Part shown: one piece after another, positions 12,381 to 25,623 of the stretch
Layout of the letters: every line of letters begins with the position of its first letter
Position numbering within the stretch: the stretch's first letter is position 1
NCBI GenBank assembly: GCA_964016885.1
Contig: OZ024745.1
Coordinates: 69,006,001-69,070,000 of the forward strand
DNA length: 64,000 nucleotides
Source: Eledone cirrhosa
Taxonomy: Eukaryota
Direction of reading: 5' to 3'
The notes under the pieces: generated by a model
Seen by the model: only the letters and a program-made list of their open reading frames with translations
The model's database searches: none
What the model was told of the DNA's origin: nothing
Made by a program: the position numbers and the translations under genes

Positions 12381-12718
12381 TCATCATCATCACCACCACC
12401 ATTTAATGTCCCTTTTTCCATGCTAGCATGGGTTAGATGGGTTGTCTCATTTGAGGCAAGTTGGGTCCGGTGACCATGTCTTGTTCACGCAGAACTGCTT
12501 CCGGCTTGGTTTCTATAGCTAGATGTCCTTCCTAACGCTAACCACATTTACTGTGTGTGATGGGTGCTTTTTGTTGAGACACCTATATAACCACATTGCA
12601 GTGGGGCTGGGTGCTTTTTGCTGTGTTTACCATCATGACAACTTTACAGTGTGGGCTGGGTGCTTTTTGTTGTGTCGCCATCATGACCACTTTACAGTGT
12701 AGGCTGGAGGCTTCACCA
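12381..12718 (-). mobile_element. SINE 3' portion with four ~44-bp internal repeats and (ATG)n tail
   Basis: CCATGCTAGCATGGGTTAGA tail; repeated TTACAGTGTGGGCTGGGTGCTTTTTG unit. Confidence 0.8.
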
Positions 12719-13751
12719 GATGTGTGTGAGTGTGTGTGTACAAATAGTTTCACTATTTGAATATGGTAAATAGGGGGGAAAGACTTCAGCCAACTGAGAC
12801 TATTCTCTCAAATTCATGGCTAAAACTTTCTTTAAGGAATATTTGGTCTTGAAAAGAAGCAAGGGAGATAGCTCCGGTAATCCTGCCTGATTTAAACTTT
12901 TTAAGACAATAGATATTATGGGAGTGAACATTGTCTATAAGCCATGACAGGCTATGATAATCTGTTCAACCCATGTTAGTAGGGAAAGTAGATGTAAAAT
13001 GATTCACATACATACAGTATTAGCACAGATTAAAAGTTTAATTTCTGCTTTCACCTCTGTGGATTTTGGTCTTTGTATTTATTATTACAACTATATATAG
13101 TAATAAAAAATACAAAGACCAAAATTCAAAGAGGACTTGATAAATGCTGTATGTATATATGTAAGTATATATAAACTCATAGAGCAAATATTTATTATTA
13201 GTACAGATTAAAGGTTTAAGCAATAAATTTCTGCTTTCACCCTAAGTCTGTATATATATATATATACAAAAAAGGAGTGTTTAGTGGTTAGTTTAGAGCC
13301 CAGAGGTGGTGGTGATATAATATTGTTGATGAGAGGATGCAAGGCCATCTTGAAAGCAGATGACTTTGATACTATGAAGTACATATTAATATCTTTATTA
13401 TTTGTGTGTGTCTCCTTTGAATGACACTACCAGAATGTAATGATTTATATATATTTTTTCACCTGGAAAATTCTATATGATATATGAATAATATTTATCA
13501 TTGTGCTCAGTCGAGCAATATAGAAGTGATACAGTGCCTGATGACAAATGGTCTTGTTAAATTAATGAACTTGACACTGTATTAATGATGATGATGGGGA
13601 TTATGATGATAACAAAGATGATAATGATGATGATGATGACAGTTGTAACATAACTATAGTCATTCAATAGAAATAAATAGTTAATTTATTGTCTTTAAAG
13701 CCATCAACTTTTTCATCTTTCCAAAAGAACTAACATTATAGTCTTTAGTGT

Positions 13752-13938
13752 GGTGGATTGGCAGTATTGGTAGAGGGTCGGACGCCATGCTTTGACGTAT
13801 AGAGTTACGGCCCTTGCCGTTCTGAGTTCAAATCCCGCCAAGGTTAACTTTGCCTTTCATCCTTACGGGGTCGATAAAATAAAGTACCAGTAATGCACTG
13901 AGTAATTGCTGGCCTTGTGCCTAACGTAGAAACAATTA
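13752..13938 (+). mobile_element. tRNA-derived SINE, second family (central domain GTTAACTTTGCCTTTCATCC..GGGGTCGATAAAATAAAGTACCAG)
   Basis: A box TGGCAGTATTGG, B box GAGTTCAAATCC; more than 15 related copies in the window. Confidence 0.88.
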
Positions 13939-14749
13939 TAGTCTTTATATAGAGTCTTTATATACAGTAGTTGGCCAATCTCCTAGCTAAATCTCAGCCT
14001 ACTGTCATAAGAAAAGACACTCTCAATAATGTATTCTATAGTCACCTCAGTAAAGGTTTGGTCAAGGAAGGTCAACATTGTATTAAATGACAATACCAAT
14101 AACAACAACAACAAAAATAGCAGCAGCATCAACAACAATATATTTTTTCAGGACACATTGACTTTAAGATTACATAATCTAATGTATCAGTCTAAGAAAA
14201 AACAAACAAACTATATATAAGTGTAATTTGAGGAAGGATTTAGCCACTATTTCTAGCAGGTCAAGCACACAAATAGAGAGTCCTTCATTTACATTAGATG
14301 TATTGATTGCTTCTGCCCTGAGCTGTTCTCATTAACTTTATACTATCTCTTAACTCTAACGTCCATAATTTCAAAAACAGGATATGTGAACAGATTACTA
14401 CCAGAGAATTTCCTCTTGATAGTTATAACATATGTTTAGCATAAACTAGAGATGAATAACTCTTGCAGGAAACGACAGGGTTTTGTCTGTCATGGAGACA
14501 TCACATACAGGTCATGATAACAAATGTCATTGTGAATCAGGCTTTGCCATGTTTACTCTTTTATTAACTCTAATCCATGTAAAGACATTGGTGGTGGCAG
14601 TAGTGGTGGAAGGTTGATCTCATTGATAGCATTCAGAACATTTTATGATCAGTTGGTAATTGTGGAACTTTTAGAAAGAAAGATTTGAATCCTTGAATAT
14701 TTCATTGATTGTAGCCATATAATACTCTACTACTATACCACTACAATGT

Positions 14750-15400
14750 GATGGCAAATGGCTTAGTGGTTAGAGTATTATAATCATAAGATCATGAGTT
14801 TGATTCCGAGCAGTGTATTGTGTCCTTGAGCAAGACATTTTATTTTATGTTGCCCCACTTCACTCAGCTAGCAGAAATGCATTACATTCTTAATTCAAAG
14901 GGCCAGTTTTTTCATATACTGTGTCACACTGAATCTCCCTGAGAATTACATAGAGAGTGCACATGTCTTTGGGATATTCAGACATTTTAATTTTATGAGC
15001 AATCAGTTGCATTGTTTGAAACTCTGAACAAACAGATGTCCAACTCAACTACACTATAATTACTACATGGCTGTACTATAGCTACTATGTTACTATACTA
15101 TGTGAAGGCATGTGGCTTAGTGGTTAGGATGATGGCATACAGTCATGAGGTTGTGAGTTTTATTCCTAATGCATTGTATCCTTGAATAAAACACTTTATT
15201 TCATGTTACACCTGTCCACACAGCCAGCAACAGTAAGTTGTACCTGTAATCCAAGTTACCAGTGTTATCACACACTGTTACACATTGAATCTCCCTCAGA
15301 TGTGTCTGTGGTATACTTAGCGATTTGCACATTAATTTAACAAGTAATCTGTTTCATTGGTCAAACGAATACTCCTTGTTGGGATTAACAGAAGTCCAAC
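14750..15400 (+). mobile_element. Two adjacent older CORE-type SINE copies (about 14750-15040 and 15105-15400)
   Basis: TGGCTTAGTGG A box, CCTTGAGCAAGACA core and shared CTGAATCTCCCT 3' segment. Confidence 0.75.
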
Positions 15401-16812
15401 ACAATATACATTAACATTTTACATTAACTTTACCAAGCTTGTATGGATTGGATGGGTCTTTTCTAGCACTGTTTCTATCCATTCAATCTGGATTTTGTCA
15501 TCTCTGTGAGCGTCAACAATTTGAAATCAGCTCTCACAAATTCCATTCAGGTCTTCCTTGGTCTTCCTCTGCTGTAACTTCCTTCCACTGGCATTTTTTA
15601 GCACTTCTTCACGCAACAATTATCATCCATATTCATACCAATGCAGCCTTCTCTCCTATACTCTACATCTGTACTTTAATGATTGCATTACTATATGATA
15701 ATATATTTACTATACCATACTTACAGCTGCCATTTGCAATTGAATATGACTTGGTGTCAGCATGTACCTCATTTTCACTAATGGTTGTCGGTGTCAAACA
15801 CTGACACTCTTGGCACTCTAGCTCTTAATCCAGTGGAACATCTAGGCAGATTATGATTGCTAATATATGGTAAAAGGGCTGCACTAGCAATGAGCTGATA
15901 CTATCTTTATTAACTATTAAAGGAAAAAGACAAAGTAAACATTTGTTGGATTTGAACTCAGAGTATAGTTTCTATGGTTTCTGTTTACTTGAGGTTGTGC
16001 TGGAAAGGACCTGTCCAATCCATGCAAACATAGAATAGGAGATGTAAAATGATGATATTCACACACATACACATATCCACAGACACATATACACTGACAG
16101 CAACATATATATATATATACGTACATTACTTCAACTGTAAGATTCATGATTTGTACTAGTTCAATATCAAATCACATAAATGATTTATTATATTTCTCTT
16201 TACATTAATAAATTATTTTCATTTTGTCCTTTTTCTAAATATCATTATTTGTATTTTTATCATCATTATCATCATCATCACTACCACCAATGCCACCACC
16301 ACCACCACCACCACCATCATCAGCATTGTTTTTTGTAATTTGTTTATGATTTGTCCCTTCCCCTGGGGCAAATAATATAAATCATCATCATCAATATTAT
16401 TATTGCTATTTCAACTTTATTATTTTGCTATTACTATTGTTATTATTAGTATAATATTTAGAGAATCAAACAAAATGGCTTGCATGGTGTTTGTTCTAGC
16501 TCTTTAAACTTCTCATTTCAAACCCTACTGAGATCAAGTTTAACATTCATTTATCTCGGGTTGATATTTATAAAATAAAGTATCAGTCAAGTACTAAGGT
16601 CAATTTAATCATCTAACCCTGCCACCACATACACAAAATATCTTTCTCAAAATCACTGATCACTGATCAATATATGGAGATAAATCTAATATTTTAACTC
16701 TTTTGATAACAAACCATCTGAAACTGTCACTGGTTCTATGATATAAAATTATTTATTTGAAAGTATTTTTTTTTTTCCTAAAACATATTATAATTTTATG
16801 TATGAACCTTTG

Positions 16813-17041
16813 TTAACCCTTTAGCATTTACATTACTCTATATTTATTCTTGTATTTTCATGGTAAACACTTTATTTCACATAATTATCTTACATAATAT
16901 CGAATCTATGAGATTTTGATATTATATATTTTGAGCACAATACCTTAACATCAGTATGAGCAACTGGTTACAGCTGGTTTGAACAGAAAGAGGTGAAAGA
17001 ATTGTGGCTAGATATGGATGGTTTAAATGCTAAAGGGTTAA
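16813..17041. mobile_element. piggyBac-type MITE with TTAA target duplication
   Basis: TTAA-CCCTTTAGCATTTA ... TAAATGCTAAAGGG-TTAA terminal inverted repeats. Confidence 0.88.
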
Positions 17042-17059
17042 GATTTTTTAACACCCAGC

Positions 17060-17262
17060 TTAACTCTTAACACATATCTAAAAAGAGATTTGGTAATTCA
17101 AGTGTTTATAGTATCTTTACCAGTGGAGATAGGATTGTGAAAATTTGGTGTATTAGAGTAAAAACTTTAATTCTTAATGTACTGCTGTCATTGTGTTGTT
17201 TTGTATTTTTCAAGAATGTCTTGTTAATGTGGTTCCATGAGGTACAGGATATTAAGAGTTAA
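17060..17262. mobile_element. Second TTAA-flanked MITE (piggyBac-like)
   Basis: TTAA-CTCTTAA ... TTAAGAG-TTAA termini. Confidence 0.6.
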
Positions 17263-17294
17263 TAATGAGAAAGTTAGTTATGAGAAATAATCCT

Positions 17295-17350
<56 letters not shown>

Positions 17351-17397
17351 AATGAATAATAACAGGTAGACATCATAAAAAGGTAATTTATTCCGTG

Positions 17398-17509
17398 TGC
17401 TTACAAATGTTTCGATGGTGGTACTACAGCCTAGTTATGCTATGTGCAAATTTACAACTATTTGTAGAACTCAAATATCCAATGCTGTGACCACTGTATC
17501 CTCAGAGCA
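17398..17509 (-). ncRNA. Type I hammerhead ribozyme motif in PLE 3' pLTR
   Basis: Reverse complement: UGCU-CUGAGGA-[long stem II]-CGAAA-CAUUU-GUA^AGCA. Stem I UGCU/AGCA, minimal stem III, GUA triplet. Confidence 0.65.
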
Positions 17510-17972
17510 GAATGGTTAAAATGTACAATGTAAATACCCTTAAGTGGGGTTGCTGGAGAAGATAGAGTAGAAAAGGAAGAGAGGAAAGTAGGGGAGAGGG
17601 AGAGAGTGAGAAAGATATGCAGGGGTTGGAGAAATAGGAGAGAGTGGTTTGTAGATATCTTAATCAAAATGTTATGGTAGGGGTTTTATTATACTGGTTA
17701 CTTTTGGAGAGATGCGTTGATAGTTAAGGTCGGAATTATTTATTGCCCCAGAAGGCAGGTTCATCGATGTGGAGAGGGAGGGAGGTAGGCCAAAGGCGAC
17801 AGAGTGAGAGTGTAATGGATGTAGAGAAAGAGAGATAGAGAGGGGACAGACGAAGTCTATTTGGTGAGTGAACTCTGGTTTCATAGTAGTAATCTGCGAA
17901 TTGCACTGAGTTACCATTTATAGTGATAAGCAGTGTATTGTCTTGTAGTGTGGGGGAAGAGAAGGTGGTTAG

Positions 17973-18401
17973 CTAGAAAGCGATTTTATAGTTACGGGTT
18001 CGAATGTTATATATTTTATAGTGAGAGAATTTAGCTTTTAGTTTGTGGTTGCAGTATAATGATCGTTCAATTCTATCGTTAAGTAGTTTGTTTTTGGATT
18101 TTAATATGTAAAAGAGTTCAAGGTTACATAACCTACAGTACTTCAATCCACTCCGATATGCACTTGCGCTGGAAAGTATATCCCATTTTAAGGTGAACTG
18201 TTGGTTGCGTTCACGGAGTTGCCAGGTCTTGTTGGCAAGCGTCGTCACAAAACGGTGATTAGGATGTTTGATTGAGAATCGATGACGGTACCAGCGAGAT
18301 TTAAACGAGGTGGTGGTAGATCCGATATAATACCATTTCTGGTCGTTCGATTCAACCGTGCATTGGTAAACAATGTTGGACTTTAGGCATTCATTCTTCA
18401 A
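17973..18401 (-). pseudogene. GIY-YIG endonuclease domain of PLE
   Basis: IVY...YIG motif, conserved R and H, C-terminal CxxC and LLN.R.E. Confidence 0.9.
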
Positions 18402-19699
18402 TGGACATCTTTCAGGTAGATGGCAGTTACATTCTTTGTTGTGGGTAGCGGGTATACCATGGATAGGTTGTGATAGCAGTACAGGTGGATTGTGTAATAC
18501 CCATCTCCCATTTAGTGGTTGGGAGGCAGATATTACGTTCTGCCCATCTGTTACTAAAATATTTTGTTTTGTAGTGTTGTTTAATTGCTTTAAGTTAAGT
18601 TTTTTTTATGTATGCTTCAAGGTTTGGTGCCGTGGAGTATGATAGTCTAATAGTTTTAGAGTTCAGAATTTTGCTGTATTTATGGGAACTAGGGAAATGT
18701 TTGTTGATTAACTTAAAGAATGAAAGAGATAGTTTTGTACTAAGCGAGGCATTAAAAATAGGATTACACCAGATATACTTTCTACAACATGATTTATTTG
18801 GTGGTGATTTTCTATTATTAGTATGTCTGGTGGTACTGTGTGTGTGCGCTTGTATTTTAGTCCCCCGGTTACGTATTCCTTGATTTCGTGTAGAGCTATG
18901 TGTGTTATGGAGATTCCTATCAATGTATTCTATTGTATCCCGGTGGTCGGCATTCCTTAATGCATTATTATAGTATTCAGCGTGTTCACTAAAAATATCA
19001 GAGTTAGACGATAGGCGAGAAATTCTAAGAGAAATACTCCGGGGAACCGATTTGATCATGCAGAGTGGGTGGTTTGAGTTAAAATATATATATATATATA
19101 CATATATATATTTATACTAATTGACCTCATTTATTGTTTAAATGACTTGTTATGTGTTGTCAAGAAACAATGTAAATATTCTCAAACAGTCTCTCTTGTG
19201 CTAGAATTGTTTCCTCTCTTTATTATATAACCATAGAAAATGGACATTAGACAGAGAAACACACTAAAATATCTCTACATCAGTATGTCTAATTTATTTA
19301 CTATTTTTAATATTCATACATTTGTTAAAAAGTTTGATTGAACATTCTAATAAATTGACAAATGTTTGTTTAAATCAACTTTTCCAATTCATATCTTGAC
19401 ATGCACTTGTAAAAATCTAGTTCTGATAAAACAGGCAGTTTTTTTAAAAATAATTAATTCAAATAATATAATTTCCAAGAGTGAATTTTTCCTCCCTCTT
19501 TCAAAAGAATTTACTAGAGGTTTGATGAAACTACAGAGAATAAAGCAAAAACACTATTTTTGTTTTTAAATATAAATAACAATAACATTAGTATTTTTTT
19601 TTATCAACTATCGACTTGTAGATAATTTTATGAAGCAATATAACTTAAATTTTAGATTATAATAAATGATAATAATAATAAAAATAATGATAAGGATTT

Positions 19700-20321
19700 A
19701 AAGTGGGAATAAAACGAATTTGGGACTGTCATAAGATCTAGATCGTCCTGATTGTCATAGGAGCACAAGGTACTACCTCGAAGAGTTTTCAAAGATGGTT
19801 AAAGAACATCAATGACTCAGACTCCAAGAAAATGATGATAATAATAATAATAATAATAATAAGGCATGATAGTGTCGGGTAATACTTACACTGGATAATG
19901 TGCAGGTTTTAGGGTCTGAAAATGGAAGGAAAATGGTACAACAATCACTCAGATGAAATAACAGGAGACGCGAGTGTGACAATCCTATAGGATTTCCCTG
20001 TGAATACTGACAGAACAATCAAGGCCAACAGGCCTGATATAATTGTGAAGGACCATAAAGAGAAAATATGTTTCTTAATTGATATGATAATTCTATCTGA
20101 TTGTAACAACTCCTCAAAAGAGTTTGAAAAGCTCAGTAAGTATAAAGACCTATTAATTGAATTTGAGGAAATGTGGCACCTTAAGGTCTGGCAATACCAA
20201 TAATAGTCAGAGTACCTAAAAATGGGTACTGAAAAATATGTGGACCAGATACCTGTTAAGCCATCTCTACAAGGGATACAGAAAATAGTGCTGACTGGCA
20301 CTTCATGTCTTGGGAAGGGCA

Positions 20322-20322
<1 letters not shown>
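19700..20322 (+). mobile_element. R4/Dong-like RLE non-LTR retrotransposon 3' fragments (two pieces) around a (TAA)n tract
   Basis: KWY..H......VTIL*DFPVNTDRTIKANRPDIIVKD...CFLID.....EFEKLSKYKDL (PD-D/E-K restriction-like endonuclease) at 19925-20200; second piece IVLIVIGAQGT..K...WL at about 19743-19810; (TAA)n at 19838-19862. Confidence 0.8.
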
Positions 20323-20353
<31 letters not shown>

Positions 20354-20600
20354 TTAACGTCCATCTTCCATGCTTGCATGGGTTTGGACGGGAGTTTTCC
20401 CACTTGAGGCAAGAGTGGTTGTCTTGCTTGTATAGGACTGTCTGGCGGGTTTTCTATGGCTGGATGCCTTTCCTAACACCAACCACGTTTACAGTGTGGA
20501 ACTGGGAGGTTTTTACCGTGTTACCTACACGGCCATATTACAGCGTGGACTGTGTGTTTTTTTGTCGTGACACCTACACGACCTCATTTGTTTCGGACTG
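20323..20600 (-). mobile_element. SINE 3' portion with (ATG)n tail, inserted at the end of the RLE fragment
   Basis: (CAT)n-TTAACGTCCATCTTCCATGCTTGCATGGGTT; GGCTGGATGCCTTTCCTAACACCAACC. Confidence 0.8.
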
Positions 20601-21018
20601 GATGTTGTGGTACCAACATAACTTTACATTGAAGGGGTGGTGTGGATGGGGTGGGGGTAGTGGGACGGGAGTGTATTTTGTTAGTGGTGCCTACTGACTG
20701 TAGTAGGTTTCACTTTGTACTTAGGTAAGGCGGGTGTTCTGTATTACTGTGTAACGCCAAAGATCTCGGTCCAGTGAGATTGTCTTGGAGAGGTGTATTA
20801 TTAATTTAAAAACCTTGCAAAGATATTTATTGTTGTTTGTACACACTTATGGCATCATCTGTATAACAATTGACTGTAAAATGTGTGTATATATTCAGAT
20901 TTTACCTCAGGTGTCAGGTCAACACGTGAGGAGAGAAAGAGAAAAAGAATACAAATAAATAGTTAGTTGTAAAACATTATTATTTAGTTACTTGTAAAAC
21001 AGACATCATTATTTACAT

Positions 21019-21232
21019 TACCAGTAATGCACTGGGTAATTGCTGGCCTTGTGCCTAAAGTAGAAACAATTATTTACATGCTTTGCAGCAAAGAGTTACG
21101 TCCCTTTATGGTCTGAGGTCAAATCCCGCCAAGGTTAACTTTGTCTTTCATCCTTACGGGGTCGATAAAATAAAGCACCAGTAATACACTGGGATAATTG
21201 CTGGCCTTGTGACAAATGTAGAAACAATTATT
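21019..21232 (+). mobile_element. Second-family SINE: tail fragment followed by a 5'-truncated copy
   Basis: Matches 13752-13938. Confidence 0.85.
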
Positions 21233-22084
21233 TATTAAAGAAATTAAAACAAATATTGGGATTCAATTTTTAATGTATAATTTGTCGTCAACTTTACAGT
21301 GTGAGACCTGATGAAATATATTCTTGAAATTATGTTAACCAGTTCCAGCATGGCCACAATTCAATGTCTGAAACCAGTAAAAAAGAAGATGATTGTAGAA
21401 GAGGTTGATCGCTAGAAGCCATATTTTCATTAGTTTTTCCCTAGTTAATACTATCTGTTGGTTGCAACTTCTGGTAGAAGTAACATTGCTTTTTTGATGA
21501 CAAGAGGAAAAGTTCAAAGTCAGAATCCACAGAATTACAGCAGATCCTGCAAATCTTTAACAATTCTGCTAACCCCGCTCTCTTGGATCAGTACTTTCTT
21601 TATTGACTATGAAAGGAAGAAAAGCAAAATTAATCTCAGTGGGATTTGAACATAGAGTGCAGAAAACTAGAACAAATACTATGGTATTTAATTCAATTCT
21701 CTACTGCAAATTACCATAAAAGATCCATTTACCTACATTTCAGTCAAAGAATTCTTCATTCGATATGTTGTAGGTGGTTGCCTGTAGTCTTTGTCATACT
21801 CTTAAACCAAGACAAATAGAAGTTTATAACACAGTAACCTGGCTGTTACATTGAATGGTGTGAGTAATTAGAGAGAACTACCCTATGGCCACTGCCTGAT
21901 CTCTGTCATTTATGAACAAACTGGTTAAGAATAGGAACAATGACAACAGCAATATCACAATAAAAAGGAAAGAAGCTGATCAACAAATCAGACCAAAGAA
22001 AGTATGTTTCCATTGCGATACTATCTGCCAGTCACAACTGGTAACAACAACTTTGTAATTATTAACTCATTCTATTACATGGTG

Positions 22085-22740
22085 CATTGTGGAGGAGGTC
22101 TGACCAATTAGTTAAGAAGTTCATTTTTCAGTGATATGATCCTGGTTTTGATTCCCCTGCATGATATTTTGACTAAGTATCTCTTAAGTTAATGCCAGCC
22201 TTACGACTAACATTGAAGTGATGGGAACTGTGTGAAACCTCTCAAATGAATTGTATCTGTAATTTAATGGGACAGCTACGTCTCACATTTTGTTTCACTG
22301 AATCTCCCTGAGAATTATGACAAGGGAAAATGTGACTGTGGAATACTCAACCACTTACATATTAATTTAATCAGTAGACAGTCCATATGATTGAACATAT
22401 GATTGAACATATGATTGAACAACTAAATGCTCATTATTGAAACTGTTAGAAGATCCAGAACATGGTGTAGTTCTAGTCAAAATGTTTCTCAAACCCAAAG
22501 GCTCATCAGTATGGAGTATTCATTAATGCTATGCAATTGAGAGTACAAGATGCCAGACTGGATGGGATACAAGCCCATCACAAGGTTACCCCCACCCATC
22601 TATTTCTGGTACTTAGCTTTTTGACTGAATAGACTGGAGCACCATGAAATGAAGTGTATTGCTCAAGAACACAACACACTACCTGGTACTTGAATTGGAC
22701 CCATGACATTATGAGTTCAACATCCTAATCACTAGTCTGC
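22085..22740. mobile_element. Older CORE-type SINE copies (plus about 22085-22450; minus about 22530-22740)
   Basis: CTGAATCTCCCTGAG segment; TTGCTCAAGAACACAAC core on the minus strand. Confidence 0.65.
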
Positions 22741-23523
22741 TTGCATTTACCATGGTGCAATGTGCATAAAAGAATATGCAGTCCAAGTCAACAAATGTAC
22801 AAGATACATGAATTTCACTGATTATTTGAATAGTTTCTTTCTATGTTATAATTATGTTTTAGTTAAACTAAGCAGAACAATGAAACATATGTAAATGTGC
22901 ATGACTTAGTGGTCATGGGTTTCATTCCTGGACCAAGCAGTGCATTATTTTCTTGAGCAAAACATTTTATTTCACATTACTTGAAACCTCCTATGAAATC
23001 AACCTAATAGGAGACCAGCTGTAAGCTGTCTATTCCATTAATCATTTTTCTATACTACTTCATCAACTTATATAACAATTAGTATTTACCAGCAAATGCC
23101 TCATTTGATTTAATGAGGACATTTATTTGAGTGGTTATAAATACTATTTCTACTTAGACTGTGATAGATAATTGCTTGCTATACAACAAGCATTTTATCA
23201 CTTCTTACATCATACAAGGATATGGTATACCTATTTTACAGACAATCTCTCTCTCTCTCATATATATATATATAAATGAAAAGTATAGAAATTATTGTAG
23301 CAAGAAGCCAACAGTATTCCATAATATATAAGTGACTATAGCGTCAAAATGGAAAAATAGTTAACGTAAGTTGTGGGAAAATAATTCAAACTCAATTAAA
23401 AAAGAATCAGGATATAGATTCATCCACAGAATTTGGTGAAATCCAGGAAAAAATCAATAGAGCCTTAACTCAGAATAAAATAAAGTTTAAAATACTCATC
23501 CTTCAATTTGGAAAAACTACAAT

Positions 23524-23601
23524 GCTCTGTATAGTCTTAAAGACTATTTCACAAAACTTTCAGTGGGGTTGGTCACGGTTGGAATCGATCATCAGCAGAG
23601 C
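23524..23601 (-). ncRNA. Type I hammerhead ribozyme motif in a short (TA)n-flanked element (about 23275-23700)
   Basis: Reverse complement: GCUCUG-CUGAUGA-[stem II, imperfect]-GAAA-UAGUCU-UUA-AGACUA-UA^CAGAGC. 6-bp stem I, 7-bp stem III, AUA triplet. Confidence 0.72.
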
Positions 23602-24127
23602 TCAAAGACACGATAACCAAAGTCTCACTGTTTATAATATGCCAAAAAGGGAATTTAAAAGCAGGCTAGTTCAACATCATGCGTAATTATGAAGAAAAAA
23701 AAAATATATATATATATATATAATTTAAAAAAAAGTCTGCATGACTAATACTTTAGAATATAAATTCAAAATAAGAGGTGCTCAGGACAAAGACAACGGA
23801 AAAACAAGGGAAAGACGGACAGTCCCATCTCCTCAGTCAATCTCTGGAAATCACTATGGATTGGAAAAAATTAAGGTTGATACTATCCATCCCAGTGCAC
23901 ATTGGGATATAACAAAACAGGCAGTGACAAGTTATGCCATTAGGCGAATTACACAAATATAGAAGAAAAAGCATCCCAAGTGTGGCAACTGACAAAGAAG
24001 GGAGAAGAGAGAGAATGGTGTGTGAGGGCTTAGCCAAAGGAGAAAAAAATAGAAAGGAGAGAAATAGTAAAATAGAAGAAAATAATAAGGGTTGCAGTCC
24101 AACGTGAACACTGAGAAGTCACTGAGG

Positions 24128-24357
24128 TCTAGCCTGTTAGCATGTAAACTGGCCGTATCTGGCCAGAATTCTCTCACCTCTTTCTGTTCAAACCATGTGT
24201 AACTAGCCACTCATACCAATGTTAAGGTATTGTTCTCAAAATAGATAACATCAAAATCTCATGGCTTCGATATTATGTGAGATAATTATGTGAGATAAAG
24301 CCTTCACTGTGAAAATACAATTATAAATATAGAGTAATGTGAATGGTAAAGGGTTAG
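24128..24357. mobile_element. piggyBac-like MITE copy (family of 16813-17041)
   Basis: Matches 9310-9537; ends GAATGGTAAAGGGTTAG. Confidence 0.7.
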
Positions 24358-24385
24358 AAAAGGTGAGAAAGGAGAATAGAGGGAG

Positions 24386-24402
24386 TCACACACATGCACA
24401 AT

Positions 24403-24445
<43 letters not shown>

Positions 24446-24618
24446 TATATATATATATATATACACACATATATATATATACACACACACACATATATAT
24501 ATACACACACACATATATATATATACACACACACAAATATATGTATACACACACACATATATATATATATCCACATGCACATATATATATATACACACAT
24601 ACGCATACATATATATAT

Positions 24619-24649
<31 letters not shown>

Positions 24650-24692
24650 CACACACACATATATATATATATACACACACAGATATATATAT

Positions 24693-24723
<31 letters not shown>

Positions 24724-24788
24724 CACACACACATATATATATATATATACACACACAGATATATATATATATATATATATACACACAG

Positions 24789-24821
<33 letters not shown>

Positions 24822-24850
24822 TATATATACAAACACACATATATATACAA

Positions 24851-24925
<75 letters not shown>

Positions 24926-24931
24926 TATATA

Positions 24932-25010
<79 letters not shown>

Positions 25011-25133
25011 CACACACACATATGTATATATACACACACACACACACATATATATACACACACACACATATATATATACACACACACACACACATATATA
25101 TATATACACACACACACACACATATATATATAT

Positions 25134-25172
<39 letters not shown>

Positions 25173-25277
25173 CAAACACACATATATATACATACACATA
25201 TATATATATACACACATATATACACATATATCTATACACACACACACATATACACACATATATATACACACACATAT

Positions 25278-25314
<37 letters not shown>

Positions 25315-25481
25315 CATATACACACATATATATATATATATACACACATATATACACATATATATATACACACACACACACATATACACACACATATATA
25401 TATATACACACACACATATAGACATATATATATACACACACACATATATACAGATATATATATATATACACACACACATAT

Positions 25482-25524
<43 letters not shown>

Positions 25525-25623
25525 TGTAGACATATATATATATATACACACACATATACACATATATATATATACACACACACATATACACATATATATA
25601 TACACACACATATACACATATAT

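Larger units (their letters stand above)
17348..19084 (-). mobile_element. Penelope-like element, 5'-truncated (RT thumb, GIY-YIG, 3' pLTR), inserted in (TA)n
   Basis: 18595-19059 (NSNHP..MIKSVP.SIS.RISRLSS, WCNP, IRLSYS); 17973-18440 (CNC....CPL..ECL..NIVY...YYIGST...FKSRW..H...KW....CRLC). (TA)n at both ends. Confidence 0.9.

Noticed and set aside
13752-13850. Functional tRNA gene (A and B boxes)
   Set aside because: No cloverleaf; it continues into a SINE body present in many copies. The same holds for all other A/B-box hits.
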